From: Alphaproteobacteria bacterium
Lineage (GTDB): Bacteria; Pseudomonadota; Alphaproteobacteria; SP197
DNA: 64,000 bases
Assembly (NCBI GenBank): GCA_964291415.2
Contig: OZ219918.1
Location: 416,001-480,000, forward strand
Direction of reading: 5' to 3'
Made by a program: the position numbers and the translations under genes. The stretch's first letter is position 1; each line of letters begins with the position of its first letter. The notes under the pieces were generated by a model. It saw only the letters and a program-made list of their open reading frames with translations, had not been told where the DNA came from and did no database searches. This document shows positions 40,747 through 50,369 of this stretch, one piece after another.

Positions 40747-42135
40747 TCAGGCTGCGTCGAGCAGGCTCTCCTGGCGGACGTACTCCAGGGTGTCGTCGAG
40801 TGCCGCCTTCAGGCGATCGAAGATCTGGTGAATCTGTTCTTCCTCGATGATGAGGGGAGGACAGACCGCGACGGAGTTCCCTCCGGCCGCCCGCACGATG
40901 AGGCGGTGCGCAAGGCATCGTTCGCCACAGTAGTTGGCGATGGCCGGCGGGAAGTTGTCCCTGGTCTCCTTGTCCCTGACGAGCTCCACGGCGCCGATGA
41001 GACCGACCCCCCTGGCTTCGCCGACGATCGGGTGATCGCCGAGGGCCATGAGCCGCTCCTGCATCACCGGCGCCACCTTGGCCACGTGGTCGGCAATGTT
41101 GATTTCGTCGTAGATCTTGAGGGTCTCCACGGCAACCGCCGCCGGAACGGGGTGGCCCGAATAGGTGAAGCCTGTCGCAAACACGCCGTTGTCGTCGGAG
41201 AAGTCGCGAATCGGTCCATAGACCTTCTCGTTCACGATTACCGCGCTGATCGGCAGGTAGGCCGAGGAGAGCTGCTTGGCCACGACCATGATGTCGGGCT
41301 TGATGCCGTAGGTGTTGGAACCGAACAGCTGGCCGGTGCGGTGGAAACCGCAGATCACCTCGTCGGCGATCATCAGCACGTCGTACTTCGCCAGGACGGC
41401 CTGGATCTTCTCGAAATAGCCGGTGGGCGGCACGATGACGCCGCCGGCGCCCATGACAGGCTCGGCGATGAAGGCGGCCACGGTCTCGGGTCCCTCGGCA
41501 AGAATCATCTGCTCGAGTTCCTCGGCCCTGCGGGTCGCGAAATCCTCTTCCGATTCACCCTCCAGGCCTTCGTGGTACCAGTGCGGTGAGCCGGTGTGCA
41601 TGATGTTGGCGATCGGCAGATCAAAGCCCTGGTGCATCAGCGGAATGCCGGTGAGGCTGCCCGAGGACACGCAGATACCGTGATAGCCGCCCAGGCGGGC
41701 GATGATCTTCTTCTTTTCGGGCTTGCCGCGGGCGTTGTTGTAGTACCAGACGAACTTCACCGCATGGTCATTCGCCTCGGAGCCGGAATTGGCGAACCAG
41801 ACACGCGCCATGGGGGCAGGCGACATGTCGATCAGGCGTTCGGCCAACTCGATGGACGGCATCGAGGAGCGGTGAAAGAAGGCGTGGTAGTAGGGGAGCT
41901 TGCGCATCTGCGCCGCCGCCGCCTCCACCAGCCGTTCGTTGTTGAAGCCGAGCGAGGTGCACCACAGGCCGGCGAGCCCCTCGATGTAGGTGTTGCCTTC
42001 GAGATCCTCGACATGGACTCCGTTGCCCTTCTCGATGATGAGAGGGCCTTCCTTCTCGTGAACCACCAGGTTGGAGTAGGGGTGGATGAGGGTTGCGGCG
42101 TCGCGCGCGTGGGGAGAGTTGGGGATGACGGTCAT
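40747..42135 (-). CDS. Class III (omega) aminotransferase
   Basis: GLWC; NSGSEAND; FIAEPVMGAGG; ADEVICGFHRTG; AKQLSS PLP lysine; GFTYSGHP. Confidence 0.92.
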   Translation of the reverse strand: MTVIPNSPHARDAATLIHPYSNLVVHEKEGPLIIEKGNGVHVEDLEGNTYIEGLAGLWCTSLGFNNERLVEAAAAQMRKLPYYHAFFHRSSMPSIELAERLIDMSPAPMARVWFANSGSEANDHAVKFVWYYNNARGKPEKKKIIARLGGYHGICVSSGSLTGIPLMHQGFDLPIANIMHTGSPHWYHEGLEGESEEDFATRRAEELEQMILAEGPETVAAFIAEPVMGAGGVIVPPTGYFEKIQAVLAKYDVLMIADEVICGFHRTGQLFGSNTYGIKPDIMVVAKQLSSAYLPISAVIVNEKVYGPIRDFSDDNGVFATGFTYSGHPVPAAVAVETLKIYDEINIADHVAKVAPVMQERLMALGDHPIVGEARGVGLIGAVELVRDKETRDNFPPAIANYCGERCLAHRLIVRAAGGNSVAVCPPLIIEEEQIHQIFDRLKAALDDTLEYVRQESLLDAA

Positions 42136-42297
42136 GGCGGGTTCCTCACTGGCAGGTCGGGTCTTGTGCCGTCCTCTTTAGTCCACTTCCCCACAGAAGG
42201 CCACACTCCCGGGACGGTCAATCGCGACTCGCCGGCATGGTCCATGGCCGCTATGGTGACCGGCATTCGCCACGCCACGCAAAGCGGTTCTCCATTC

Positions 42298-45200
42298 ATG
42301 CCGGAAGGCGAGGTCAGCCTCGATGACAAGTACGTCCTTGAAGAAGGACGTGTCTACCTGACGGGCATCCAGGCCCTGGTCCGCCTGCCCCTGGAACAGC
42401 GCCGGCGCGATGCCAGGGCGGGGCTCGACACGGCCGGGTTCATTTCCGGATACCGCGGTTCCCCCCTGGGCGGCTATGACCAGCAGCTCTGGCGCGCCGC
42501 GGCACACCTCGAGACGCACCGCATCCACTTCCAGCCGGGCATCAACGAGGATCTCGCGGCGACAGCCATCTGGGGCAGCCAGCAGGCCCAGTTGTTCGAT
42601 GACGCACGCCATGACGGGGTGTTCGCCTACTGGTATGGCAAGGGACCGGGAGTCGACCGTTCCGGGGACGTCTTCAGACATGGCAATCTGGCCGGATCAG
42701 CGAAACATGGCGGTGTGCTGCTGATTGCCGGCGACGATCACGGCTGCCGGTCCTCGACACTGCCGCACCAGAGCGAACAGGCCTTTGTGGCCGCCGGCAT
42801 TCCGGTTCTCAACCCGGCGGGCGTGGCGGAGATTCTCGATTTCGGCATCATCGGCATGGAAATGTCCCGCTATTCAGGATGCTGGATCGGTTTCAAGACG
42901 ACGGCGGACAACCTCGATGCATCCTCGTCGATCGAACTCGTGCCGGACCGGCCCGTCGTCACACGTCCCTGCGTCGACACGGTGGCGGGGGGACTCAACA
43001 TCCGCTGGCCCGATGATCCGATGCGCCAGGAGGAGCGCCTGCAGGACCACAAGCTCGGCGCCGCCAGGGCCTTTGCCCGGGCGAACCGTCTCGACCGCAT
43101 TGTCGCAGGCAGCCACAAGGCGCGCCTCGGAATCGTGGCGGCCGGGAAGTCCTGGCTCGATCTGGCCCAGGCCCTGGACGATCTCGGACTTGACGCCGCC
43201 GCCATGGTGGCTGTCGGTCTGCGTATCTACAAGGTGGGCATGACGTGGCCTTTGGAGACGGAGGGTCTCGGGGAGTTTGCTGCGGGTCTCGAGGACATTC
43301 TGGTCATCGAGGAAAAGCGCGCTCTCATCGAAACCCAGATCAAGGAGGCTCTCTATCATCTGCCGGCGACGCAGCGGCCACGCGTGAGCGGCAAGCGCGA
43401 TGCTGAAGGAGCACCTCTCGTGGCGTCGGATGGCGAACTGGATCCGTCCATGATCGCCCGCATCATCGCGCCCCGCCTCGACGCGCTCACAGGTTCCACG
43501 ACCTTCAGCGGGCGGTTCCGCGCCCGCCGCCAGCCAGCCCCTGCCGGTGAGCCGCCACCCCTCGAGCGCACGCCCTATTTCTGTGCCGGCTGCCCGCACA
43601 ACACGTCGACCAGGGTGCCTCCGGAAAGCCGGGCCCTGGCCGGCATCGGCTGCCACTACCTGGCGCTCGGCATGAAGAGGAATACCGCGACCTTCACCCA
43701 CATGGGCGCGGAAGGCGCCTCATGGATCGGCCAGGCTCCGTTCGTTGCCACGGACCATGTCTTCGTCAATCTGGGTGACGGCACCTACAGCCACTCAGGC
43801 TTGCTGGCGATCCGCGCCGCCGCGGCGGCAAACGTCAACATCACCTACAAGATCCTGTGCAACGACGCTGTTGCGATGACCGGCGGGCAGAGCGCCGACA
43901 TTGATGTCAGCCCGCCCCGGATCGCCCGCCAGGTGGCTGCGGAGGGAGCACGGGAGATCCGTGTCGTCACCGACGATCCGGCGAAGTATCCGTCGACGAC
44001 GCGCTGGCCAGAGGGCCTGACGGTGCATCATCGCGACGACTTGGAACAGGTCCAGCGCGCCCTGGCGAAGGTTCCCGGCCTGACGGTTCTCATCTACGAC
44101 CAGACCTGTGCCGCGGAGAAGCGCCGGCGTCGCAAGCGCGGCACCATGCCGATCCCTGCACAGCGTGTCGTCATCAACGAGGACGTGTGCGAGGGGTGCG
44201 GCGACTGCGGTCTCAAGTCGAACTGTGTGGCGATCGTTCCGGTGGAGACCCCGTCCGGTCGCAAGCGGCAAATCGATCAGTCGTCGTGCAACATGGACAT
44301 GTCCTGCATCAAGGGATTCTGCCCGGCCCTCGTGACCGTCACCGGTGTCCGGCCGCGCCGCGGCAACAAGGATTCGCTTCATTCCCTGGCGTCAGGACAC
44401 CTGCCGCAACCGGCCGTGGCGCCTCTCGACAGGCCGTGGGACATCGTGGTGGCGGGCATTGGCGGTACCGGGGTGGTCACGGTCGGCGCGCTCCTCGGCA
44501 TGGCGGCCCATGTCGCGGGCAACGGTGTCACGGTTCTCGACATGATCGGCATGGCCCAGAAAGGCGGCGCCGTGGTCAGTCACGTCCGTATCGCCAGGTC
44601 TCCCGGCGAGCTTCACGCGCCGCGGATCACCGACGGCGGGGCCCGCCTGCTGCTCGCCTGCGACATGGTCACAGCGGCGGCGCCGGATACGCTTCGCAAG
44701 CTGGCGCCCGGCACGACCACGGCCGTCGTCAACACCGAGAAGACGATGACGGGCGCCTTTGCCCTCGACCCCGATCTCGAGTATCCGCTTGCGGCCCTCG
44801 AGAAGGCCCTCGGGGAGGCGGTCGGCAGCGCGGCAATCCACGTCGTCGATGCCACGCGCCTCGCCAGAACTCTGCTCGGTGACGGCATCGCCGCCAATCT
44901 CTTCATGCTCGGCTATGCCCTGCAGAAGGGTCTTCTTCCGCTCCCGGGCCACGCCATCGACAGGGCCATCGAACTCAACGGCGTTGCCGTCGAGACCAAC
45001 AGGCAGGCGGTGCTCCTGGGACGGCATGCGGCCCATGACATGGCGGCGGTCCGCAATCTGGTGCCGGCGGGAGAAGAACCGGACACCGGCGATCAGCGGC
45101 CACTCGTGGAGCGCAATGCCGCCTTCCTCGCATCCTGGCAGGACCGTTCCTGGGCCGAGAGGTACCTGGATCTCGTCCATCGCGTCTCGGATGCCGAGCG

Positions 45201-45771
45201 CAGGCTGACACCGGGCAGGGATGGACTTGCCGCTGCCGTTGCCCGCCAGGCCTTCAGGCTGATGTCCTACAAGGACGAATACGAGGTAGCGCGGCTCTAT
45301 GTCGACGGCACATTCGCGAAGAGGCTGAAAGACACCTTCGAGGGCAAACCGTCATTGCAGCTCCACCTGGCGCCGCCCTTGATCTCGCGCCGCGATCCGT
45401 CGACCGGCCACCGGTTGAAGCGGACCTTCGGCAGCTGGATCCTCGTAGTGTTCCGCGGCCTCGCGGCCATGCGGCGGCTGCGTGGCACCGTTCTCGACCC
45501 CTTCGGCTGGCAACGGGAACGGCGCGAGGAACGCAAGCTGATCTCCGATTACTTCGATCTCATGAACGAGGTTGCCATCGCACTGACACCCGCAAACCAC
45601 GCTGCCGCCGTGGACCTTGCCAACGTCCCCTCTCAAATTCGCGGCTTTGGTCACGTCAAGGATGAAGCCATCGCCCGAGCCCGCGCACAGGAAGCCGAAG
45701 CTCTGACCGCATTCCGAAGCGCCACGTCAGAAGACGCCATCCGCAACCCTCTGGCAACGCCGGTTGCCTGA
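42298..45771 (+). CDS. Fused indolepyruvate:ferredoxin oxidoreductase family protein
   Basis: SLDDKY; TGIQALVR; ISGYRGSPLGG; FCAGCPHN; CEGCGDC ferredoxin motif; MSYKDEYEVAR. Confidence 0.93.
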   Translation: MPEGEVSLDDKYVLEEGRVYLTGIQALVRLPLEQRRRDARAGLDTAGFISGYRGSPLGGYDQQLWRAAAHLETHRIHFQPGINEDLAATAIWGSQQAQLFDDARHDGVFAYWYGKGPGVDRSGDVFRHGNLAGSAKHGGVLLIAGDDHGCRSSTLPHQSEQAFVAAGIPVLNPAGVAEILDFGIIGMEMSRYSGCWIGFKTTADNLDASSSIELVPDRPVVTRPCVDTVAGGLNIRWPDDPMRQEERLQDHKLGAARAFARANRLDRIVAGSHKARLGIVAAGKSWLDLAQALDDLGLDAAAMVAVGLRIYKVGMTWPLETEGLGEFAAGLEDILVIEEKRALIETQIKEALYHLPATQRPRVSGKRDAEGAPLVASDGELDPSMIARIIAPRLDALTGSTTFSGRFRARRQPAPAGEPPPLERTPYFCAGCPHNTSTRVPPESRALAGIGCHYLALGMKRNTATFTHMGAEGASWIGQAPFVATDHVFVNLGDGTYSHSGLLAIRAAAAANVNITYKILCNDAVAMTGGQSADIDVSPPRIARQVAAEGAREIRVVTDDPAKYPSTTRWPEGLTVHHRDDLEQVQRALAKVPGLTVLIYDQTCAAEKRRRRKRGTMPIPAQRVVINEDVCEGCGDCGLKSNCVAIVPVETPSGRKRQIDQSSCNMDMSCIKGFCPALVTVTGVRPRRGNKDSLHSLASGHLPQPAVAPLDRPWDIVVAGIGGTGVVTVGALLGMAAHVAGNGVTVLDMIGMAQKGGAVVSHVRIARSPGELHAPRITDGGARLLLACDMVTAAAPDTLRKLAPGTTTAVVNTEKTMTGAFALDPDLEYPLAALEKALGEAVGSAAIHVVDATRLARTLLGDGIAANLFMLGYALQKGLLPLPGHAIDRAIELNGVAVETNRQAVLLGRHAAHDMAAVRNLVPAGEEPDTGDQRPLVERNAAFLASWQDRSWAERYLDLVHRVSDAERRLTPGRDGLAAAVARQAFRLMSYKDEYEVARLYVDGTFAKRLKDTFEGKPSLQLHLAPPLISRRDPSTGHRLKRTFGSWILVVFRGLAAMRRLRGTVLDPFGWQRERREERKLISDYFDLMNEVAIALTPANHAAAVDLANVPSQIRGFGHVKDEAIARARAQEAEALTAFRSATSEDAIRNPLATPVA

Positions 45772-46118
45772 GCCTTCATTGTACGGTCGGAACACGCTGA
45801 ACCATCGTTCCATTGGTCTTTCCGGTTCTCGGAGTAGCACCAGCGTGTGTCGGGCCGAACGACAAAGATCGGTTGCAAGGCCGCCCGATCGTTCATTGCT
45901 GAGGTCGGCGTCGGGTGCCTTTGTGTTGGCAGGCGAGTGTCAATCCGTCGTGACGAGGCTCAACACTGGTAGATGCTTGTCGCAAGGCAACGACTTGACA
46001 GGGTCGGGTCCCGATTGAACTTCGGTCACGGGCTGCGCGGGCACCGATGGAAGACGGCGCCCGCCATGTCCGTCAGCAGCTGATGTTTCCTGTCCGGGCT
46101 GGCCATTCAATCAGCGTC

Positions 46119-46985
46119 TCAGAGGATCTCCATCGGTGCCTGGGGTACCTCCTTCCAGAAATCGGGGTCGTGACCGGGGAATATTCGGGCGCCCCTGGCT
46201 CGCATTCGGCGCAGAAGCAGCAGCGAGTCCAGCATCTGCGAACGATCGTGGACCAGCTTCGGCAAATGAAGTTCCTCCAGGGTCTGACGGAAGTAGCAAG
46301 CGTCTGCCGCGAGCACGATGTCACCCGCTTCCAGACGAACCATGAGCGACTGGTGACCGGGAGTGTGACCGAAGGTAGGGATCGTCACCACAGTGCCATC
46401 GCCGAAGACATCATGCTCCCCGTGGACCTGGTGAACCAGGTGACCGTGGTCGTAGTCCTGCAGGTTGTAGGCATTGGCTTCCATAAGTTCGGGCGTATGG
46501 CCTGCCTCCCATTCCCTTTGCTGGATAATGACCTTGGCGTTGGGGATGAGTTCGTTGCCGCCGGAATGATCGAAGTGCAGGTGGCTGTTCACAACGTACG
46601 CAATCTGTTTGGGATCGATCTCGAGCTGATTGAGGCGCGAAGCGATGTCCTCACCGGGCCGGAAGTGAATGTCGAAGAACTTCGCCAGAGCACCGATACG
46701 GCCATGTGGGTCGTGTCCACTTTCGGGATGCAGGCCAGTGTCGAACAGAACATATCCTTTGGGGTGCTGGATCAGGTAGGTCGGGATGGGAAAGCGGATC
46801 CGACCCGACTCGCGTGCAAGCATCATGGAGACGTCAGCGCTGAGCCAGCCGCAGGTCATCGCATAGAGCTTGACAGCGGACGAATGACTCGACGAGCGCG
46901 CAACTGCGGTCGAGCGGGCCCCCTTCAGCGTCTCCCACCAGGCCTGGTTGCGCTCCAGGGCGAGCGCGCTCTCACGTGGGTCCAT
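46119..46985 (-). CDS. N-acyl-homoserine-lactonase family metallo-beta-lactamase-fold hydrolase
   Basis: SHLHFDHSG (HxHxDH); FDTG; DVFGDG; GHTPGHQS; ADACY; PGHDP. Confidence 0.85.
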   Translation of the reverse strand: MDPRESALALERNQAWWETLKGARSTAVARSSSHSSAVKLYAMTCGWLSADVSMMLARESGRIRFPIPTYLIQHPKGYVLFDTGLHPESGHDPHGRIGALAKFFDIHFRPGEDIASRLNQLEIDPKQIAYVVNSHLHFDHSGGNELIPNAKVIIQQREWEAGHTPELMEANAYNLQDYDHGHLVHQVHGEHDVFGDGTVVTIPTFGHTPGHQSLMVRLEAGDIVLAADACYFRQTLEELHLPKLVHDRSQMLDSLLLLRRMRARGARIFPGHDPDFWKEVPQAPMEIL

Positions 46986-49002
46986 GGCGCGTTCCGCTTG
47001 TTGTCATAGTGTCTATCCCGTCCGCGGCGCGGGGAATTCCGCCGGTCGCTGCCGAGTCCTCGGTGAGCGCAACAACCTTCTTGGTCGTCGAGGTCGAGAG
47101 TTCCATCCTGTAAGCGAGAAGCCAAATGAGAAGAACGCCCAGCCCCCACCATAAAAGCTGCCAGGCCCAGATGGAGGGCATCCGGAAATCCCAGCCCCCG
47201 TAGCCTGTGTCCGGCGCGCCAAACAGATAGTTGCCAATAACGATGCATGGCCCGACCGCGAAGAACAACCAAATCATCGTTGCGACCCAGGCGAAGGTGA
47301 CGAAGCGCCGCCTTCGCGCGGAGAGGCCGGCGTACTCCGCCAGGAAGCGGTGAATGCGGTAGCGACCCTCTGCACCGTCATCATCGCGTGTCAGGACCGA
47401 ACCAAGAATGCAGACAAGAAGATTGGCGACGAGACCCCAGGCAGCGGCATGGATGGTCCAGGGCCATTGACCCCAGGGCAGTGTGCCGCGAGTGAGCGCC
47501 TGTCCCAGCGGATCGGTCAGAACTACGACAATGGAGCCCACCACAATGCCGGCCGCAACGCCTTGCCGGGTGAACCAGCGGACCCACGCGACGCCCAGCA
47601 GCGCGGGCCAGAGCTGCACAGCGAGCGCCAGAGCCAGCCCGCCGAGCACGACCATGCCGTCGCGCTCGAGAGTTGCCATGAGAAGCGCGGCGACCGTGGC
47701 CAGCAGAGTCGCCACCCGGGCGAAGCGTTTCTGGAGCCGATCGTCGGCATGGGGATTGAAAAAGCGCATGTAGAGATCACGGGTGACGAGTGCGCCGGCA
47801 CTCGCCATGTAGGCGCCGCCTGCGGCCTTGATTGCGGCGATCATGCATACGGTCACGATGCCGAGAAGCCAGGGAGCAGACGCGCCGACAAGGTCGATCA
47901 GGTTCGCGACCAGCCTACCCTCCTCGCCGTTGTCGAGCGGTGGAAGAACGCGTTTCAGTTCCAGGCCTGCGGCGTTGACCTCCGGACTCGCACCTAGCAA
48001 AAGCCCGCCGAGACCCTGCAGTGTGACGAAAACGAAGAGAAGCACTCCCGCCGCACATGCCGACGCCCAGACCTGCTGCGGTGCGAAGGCGCCAGGATCC
48101 CGGCTGGCGAAGGCCCACATGGAGAACGCCGGTGATGCCTGGATGCCCATCAGGGCGACCATGAAGCTCATCACCATGAGACTGGTCCAGGGACCTCCCT
48201 GGGGCACCTCCTTGTTGAGCCCGTCGCTCCATTGCACCACGCCAGGTGTGGCGAACAACCCGTTGAAGTCGCCACCGCCATAGCCCAGTGTCGTTCCCCA
48301 TGGGCCTGTGGGTGTGCTTGCGATCACAGCCAAAGCCCTGTTGAGCGGGTCGAATCCGCCCACGAGATCAAGCGTCACAAGCCCCAGGATGCTGACGCCG
48401 ACAGCGATCAGCAGAGTTTGCAGTGTCGTGACGTACGCCACGGCTCGAAGTCCGCCGAGCGTCACGTAGATGACCAGGACGACGGCAAGGGTCCACATTG
48501 CCAAGTCGCGCGAGAGCAGGCCACCGGTTACGAGACTTATGAGGCCCCCTGCGAAGCCGAACAGCATACCGAGAAACGGGACGGCAAACAGAAGGGCGAC
48601 GATGACTGTGAACACACGGATGATATCGGAGCCGTAGTAGGCCGCGAACATCTCGCCTGGTGTGACGAAACCAAATCGCTTGCCGAGTATCCACTGCCGC
48701 TTGAGGAAGATCACCCCCGTCAGCGGCACGACGACAGCAGCGAATGCGATGTAGCCTGCCTGAAGGCCATCGCGCAGAATTAACGCGGGTCCGCCGATGA
48801 AGAGCCACCCGGCGAACGAGGTCGCCGTGGCCGCCATGACGAAAACCCAGGTGTTGAGACTGCGCCCGGCGACGAAGTAGGCGCTGGCAGTCTTGGCCTC
48901 GCGCGCACCCCTGACTCCCCAGAAAACGCAGTAGCTCCAATAAAGCACGGCGAAGAGGCCAAGCCAAAGCAGTCTCGACCCGTAGAGGCCGCCGTCGGTC
49001 AC
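46972..49002 (-). CDS. Sodium:solute symporter (SSS) family protein
   Basis: YFVAGR; AATATSFAGW; TLGGLRAVAY; many transmembrane segments; overlaps the lacI stop. Confidence 0.88.
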   Translation of the reverse strand: MTDGGLYGSRLLWLGLFAVLYWSYCVFWGVRGAREAKTASAYFVAGRSLNTWVFVMAATATSFAGWLFIGGPALILRDGLQAGYIAFAAVVVPLTGVIFLKRQWILGKRFGFVTPGEMFAAYYGSDIIRVFTVIVALLFAVPFLGMLFGFAGGLISLVTGGLLSRDLAMWTLAVVLVIYVTLGGLRAVAYVTTLQTLLIAVGVSILGLVTLDLVGGFDPLNRALAVIASTPTGPWGTTLGYGGGDFNGLFATPGVVQWSDGLNKEVPQGGPWTSLMVMSFMVALMGIQASPAFSMWAFASRDPGAFAPQQVWASACAAGVLLFVFVTLQGLGGLLLGASPEVNAAGLELKRVLPPLDNGEEGRLVANLIDLVGASAPWLLGIVTVCMIAAIKAAGGAYMASAGALVTRDLYMRFFNPHADDRLQKRFARVATLLATVAALLMATLERDGMVVLGGLALALAVQLWPALLGVAWVRWFTRQGVAAGIVVGSIVVVLTDPLGQALTRGTLPWGQWPWTIHAAAWGLVANLLVCILGSVLTRDDDGAEGRYRIHRFLAEYAGLSARRRRFVTFAWVATMIWLFFAVGPCIVIGNYLFGAPDTGYGGWDFRMPSIWAWQLLWWGLGVLLIWLLAYRMELSTSTTKKVVALTEDSAATGGIPRAADGIDTMTTSGTRHGPT

Positions 49003-50051
49003 CGGACCATCGCCCCCGCACGCCGGTCGCGATGCGTGTTGCGCGGGATCATTTCGCCTGCAATAGAGCGGTGAACAGGTGCCATGTCGGGATTGTCGTC
49101 GATTTCGCGGATCAACCTTACGGTCTCGGCCGCCATCCGCCGCATCGGATGACGATAGGTGGTCAGCGCATGGGAAGGCCAGCCAGCCATGGCAACGTCA
49201 TCGAATCCGACGACGGAGATGTCACGGGGTACGTCGCGCTTCAGTCCGTGACGCAGTGCATCAACTGTGCCAAAGGCGACGATGTCGTTGGCGCAGAATA
49301 TTGCGTCCAGATCGGGGACGGCGCGGATCAGGCGACAGGCCGCTGCATATCCGTCCTCGTAGGAGAACACCTCGGGAAGGTTGTCCCTGACGATCGTGAG
49401 GCCCGCCTCCGCGCAGCGCTCGACGAAGCCGCTGCCGCGGTCGATCGAGGTTGTCGCGTCGGGCGTACCGGCAATGTAGGCCATGTTGCGGTGGCCGGTT
49501 TCGATGAGGAACTCGGCGATCTCGCGACCGCCCCGCCTGTTGTCGCAGGTCACCGCAAAGGTCTCGGTTTCGGGAATATAGCGGTTGAAGAAGATCAGGT
49601 TGGTTCCGGTATCGATTGTCGCCATGGTGCGCTGGAACGAGACTGTTGCGGTCATGAGGATGATGTACTCGGGCTGATACAGCATGCCCTGTGGCAGCAC
49701 CTCGTCGGTCGTCTTTCCCTCGGGGACGTGAAACAGCATGACTCGGAGGCCGTGTTTTTGAAGTTCGCCGGTCAGGATCGCCATGACCTCTGGAAAGAAC
49801 GGGTTGAAGACGTCCGAGATGAAGATGCTGACGATGCGGGTCTTCTGGGTGATCAGGCTTCGAGCGAAGGGGTTGGGCTGGTATCCCATCGCCTTGGCGC
49901 GTGCGAGGATACGGTCGCGAGTATCCGGGGCGATCTGAGAGTCGGGCGAGAACGCACGCGAGACTGTCGAAATCGACACACCGAGTTCCTCGGCGACGTG
50001 CCGCGCCGCTACCGTCCTGCCGGCTGACTTTGGTTTTCCGGTATTGTCCAT
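48999..50051 (-). CDS. LacI-family transcriptional regulator
   Basis: VAEELGVSISTVSRA helix-turn-helix; YQPNPFARSL hinge; AIFCANDIVA; DISVVGFDD. Confidence 0.95.
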   Translation of the reverse strand: MDNTGKPKSAGRTVAARHVAEELGVSISTVSRAFSPDSQIAPDTRDRILARAKAMGYQPNPFARSLITQKTRIVSIFISDVFNPFFPEVMAILTGELQKHGLRVMLFHVPEGKTTDEVLPQGMLYQPEYIILMTATVSFQRTMATIDTGTNLIFFNRYIPETETFAVTCDNRRGGREIAEFLIETGHRNMAYIAGTPDATTSIDRGSGFVERCAEAGLTIVRDNLPEVFSYEDGYAAACRLIRAVPDLDAIFCANDIVAFGTVDALRHGLKRDVPRDISVVGFDDVAMAGWPSHALTTYRHPMRRMAAETVRLIREIDDNPDMAPVHRSIAGEMIPRNTHRDRRAGAMVR

Positions 50052-50172
50052 CGCCCCAGACCCGATCAGCGCTCCTCAGTCACTCTACGCACCGTGCCAA
50101 CACTTCCTCCACCCCGCTCCGTGGAAAACAGCTTACTGATACGGATCACGATTGATTGAGCGTATGCCTGGC

Positions 50173-50218
50173 TGCAAACCTTTGCAAGACGCAAGATACC
50201 ATGTTGCAAAGGTTTGCA
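50173..50218. promoter_or_regulatory. Pair of LacI-type operators in the divergent promoter region
   Basis: TGCAAACCTTTGCA (50173-50186) and TGCAAAGGTTTGCA (50205-50218); a -10-like TACCAT (50197-50202) lies between them. Confidence 0.75.
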
Positions 50219-50369
50219 TTGCCATTGTATCCAATCTAGGCTCGTCTCGGGCGAGCAGGGTTCAAGGCTTGTCGTCTGCCGATTCTGAGGGGTTAAGGCC
50301 TGACGCAGGACGGGGAGGCGCGACTGGCTGGCCCAGGTTCATGTTCATACACATTGGGAGGTTAAGGTA

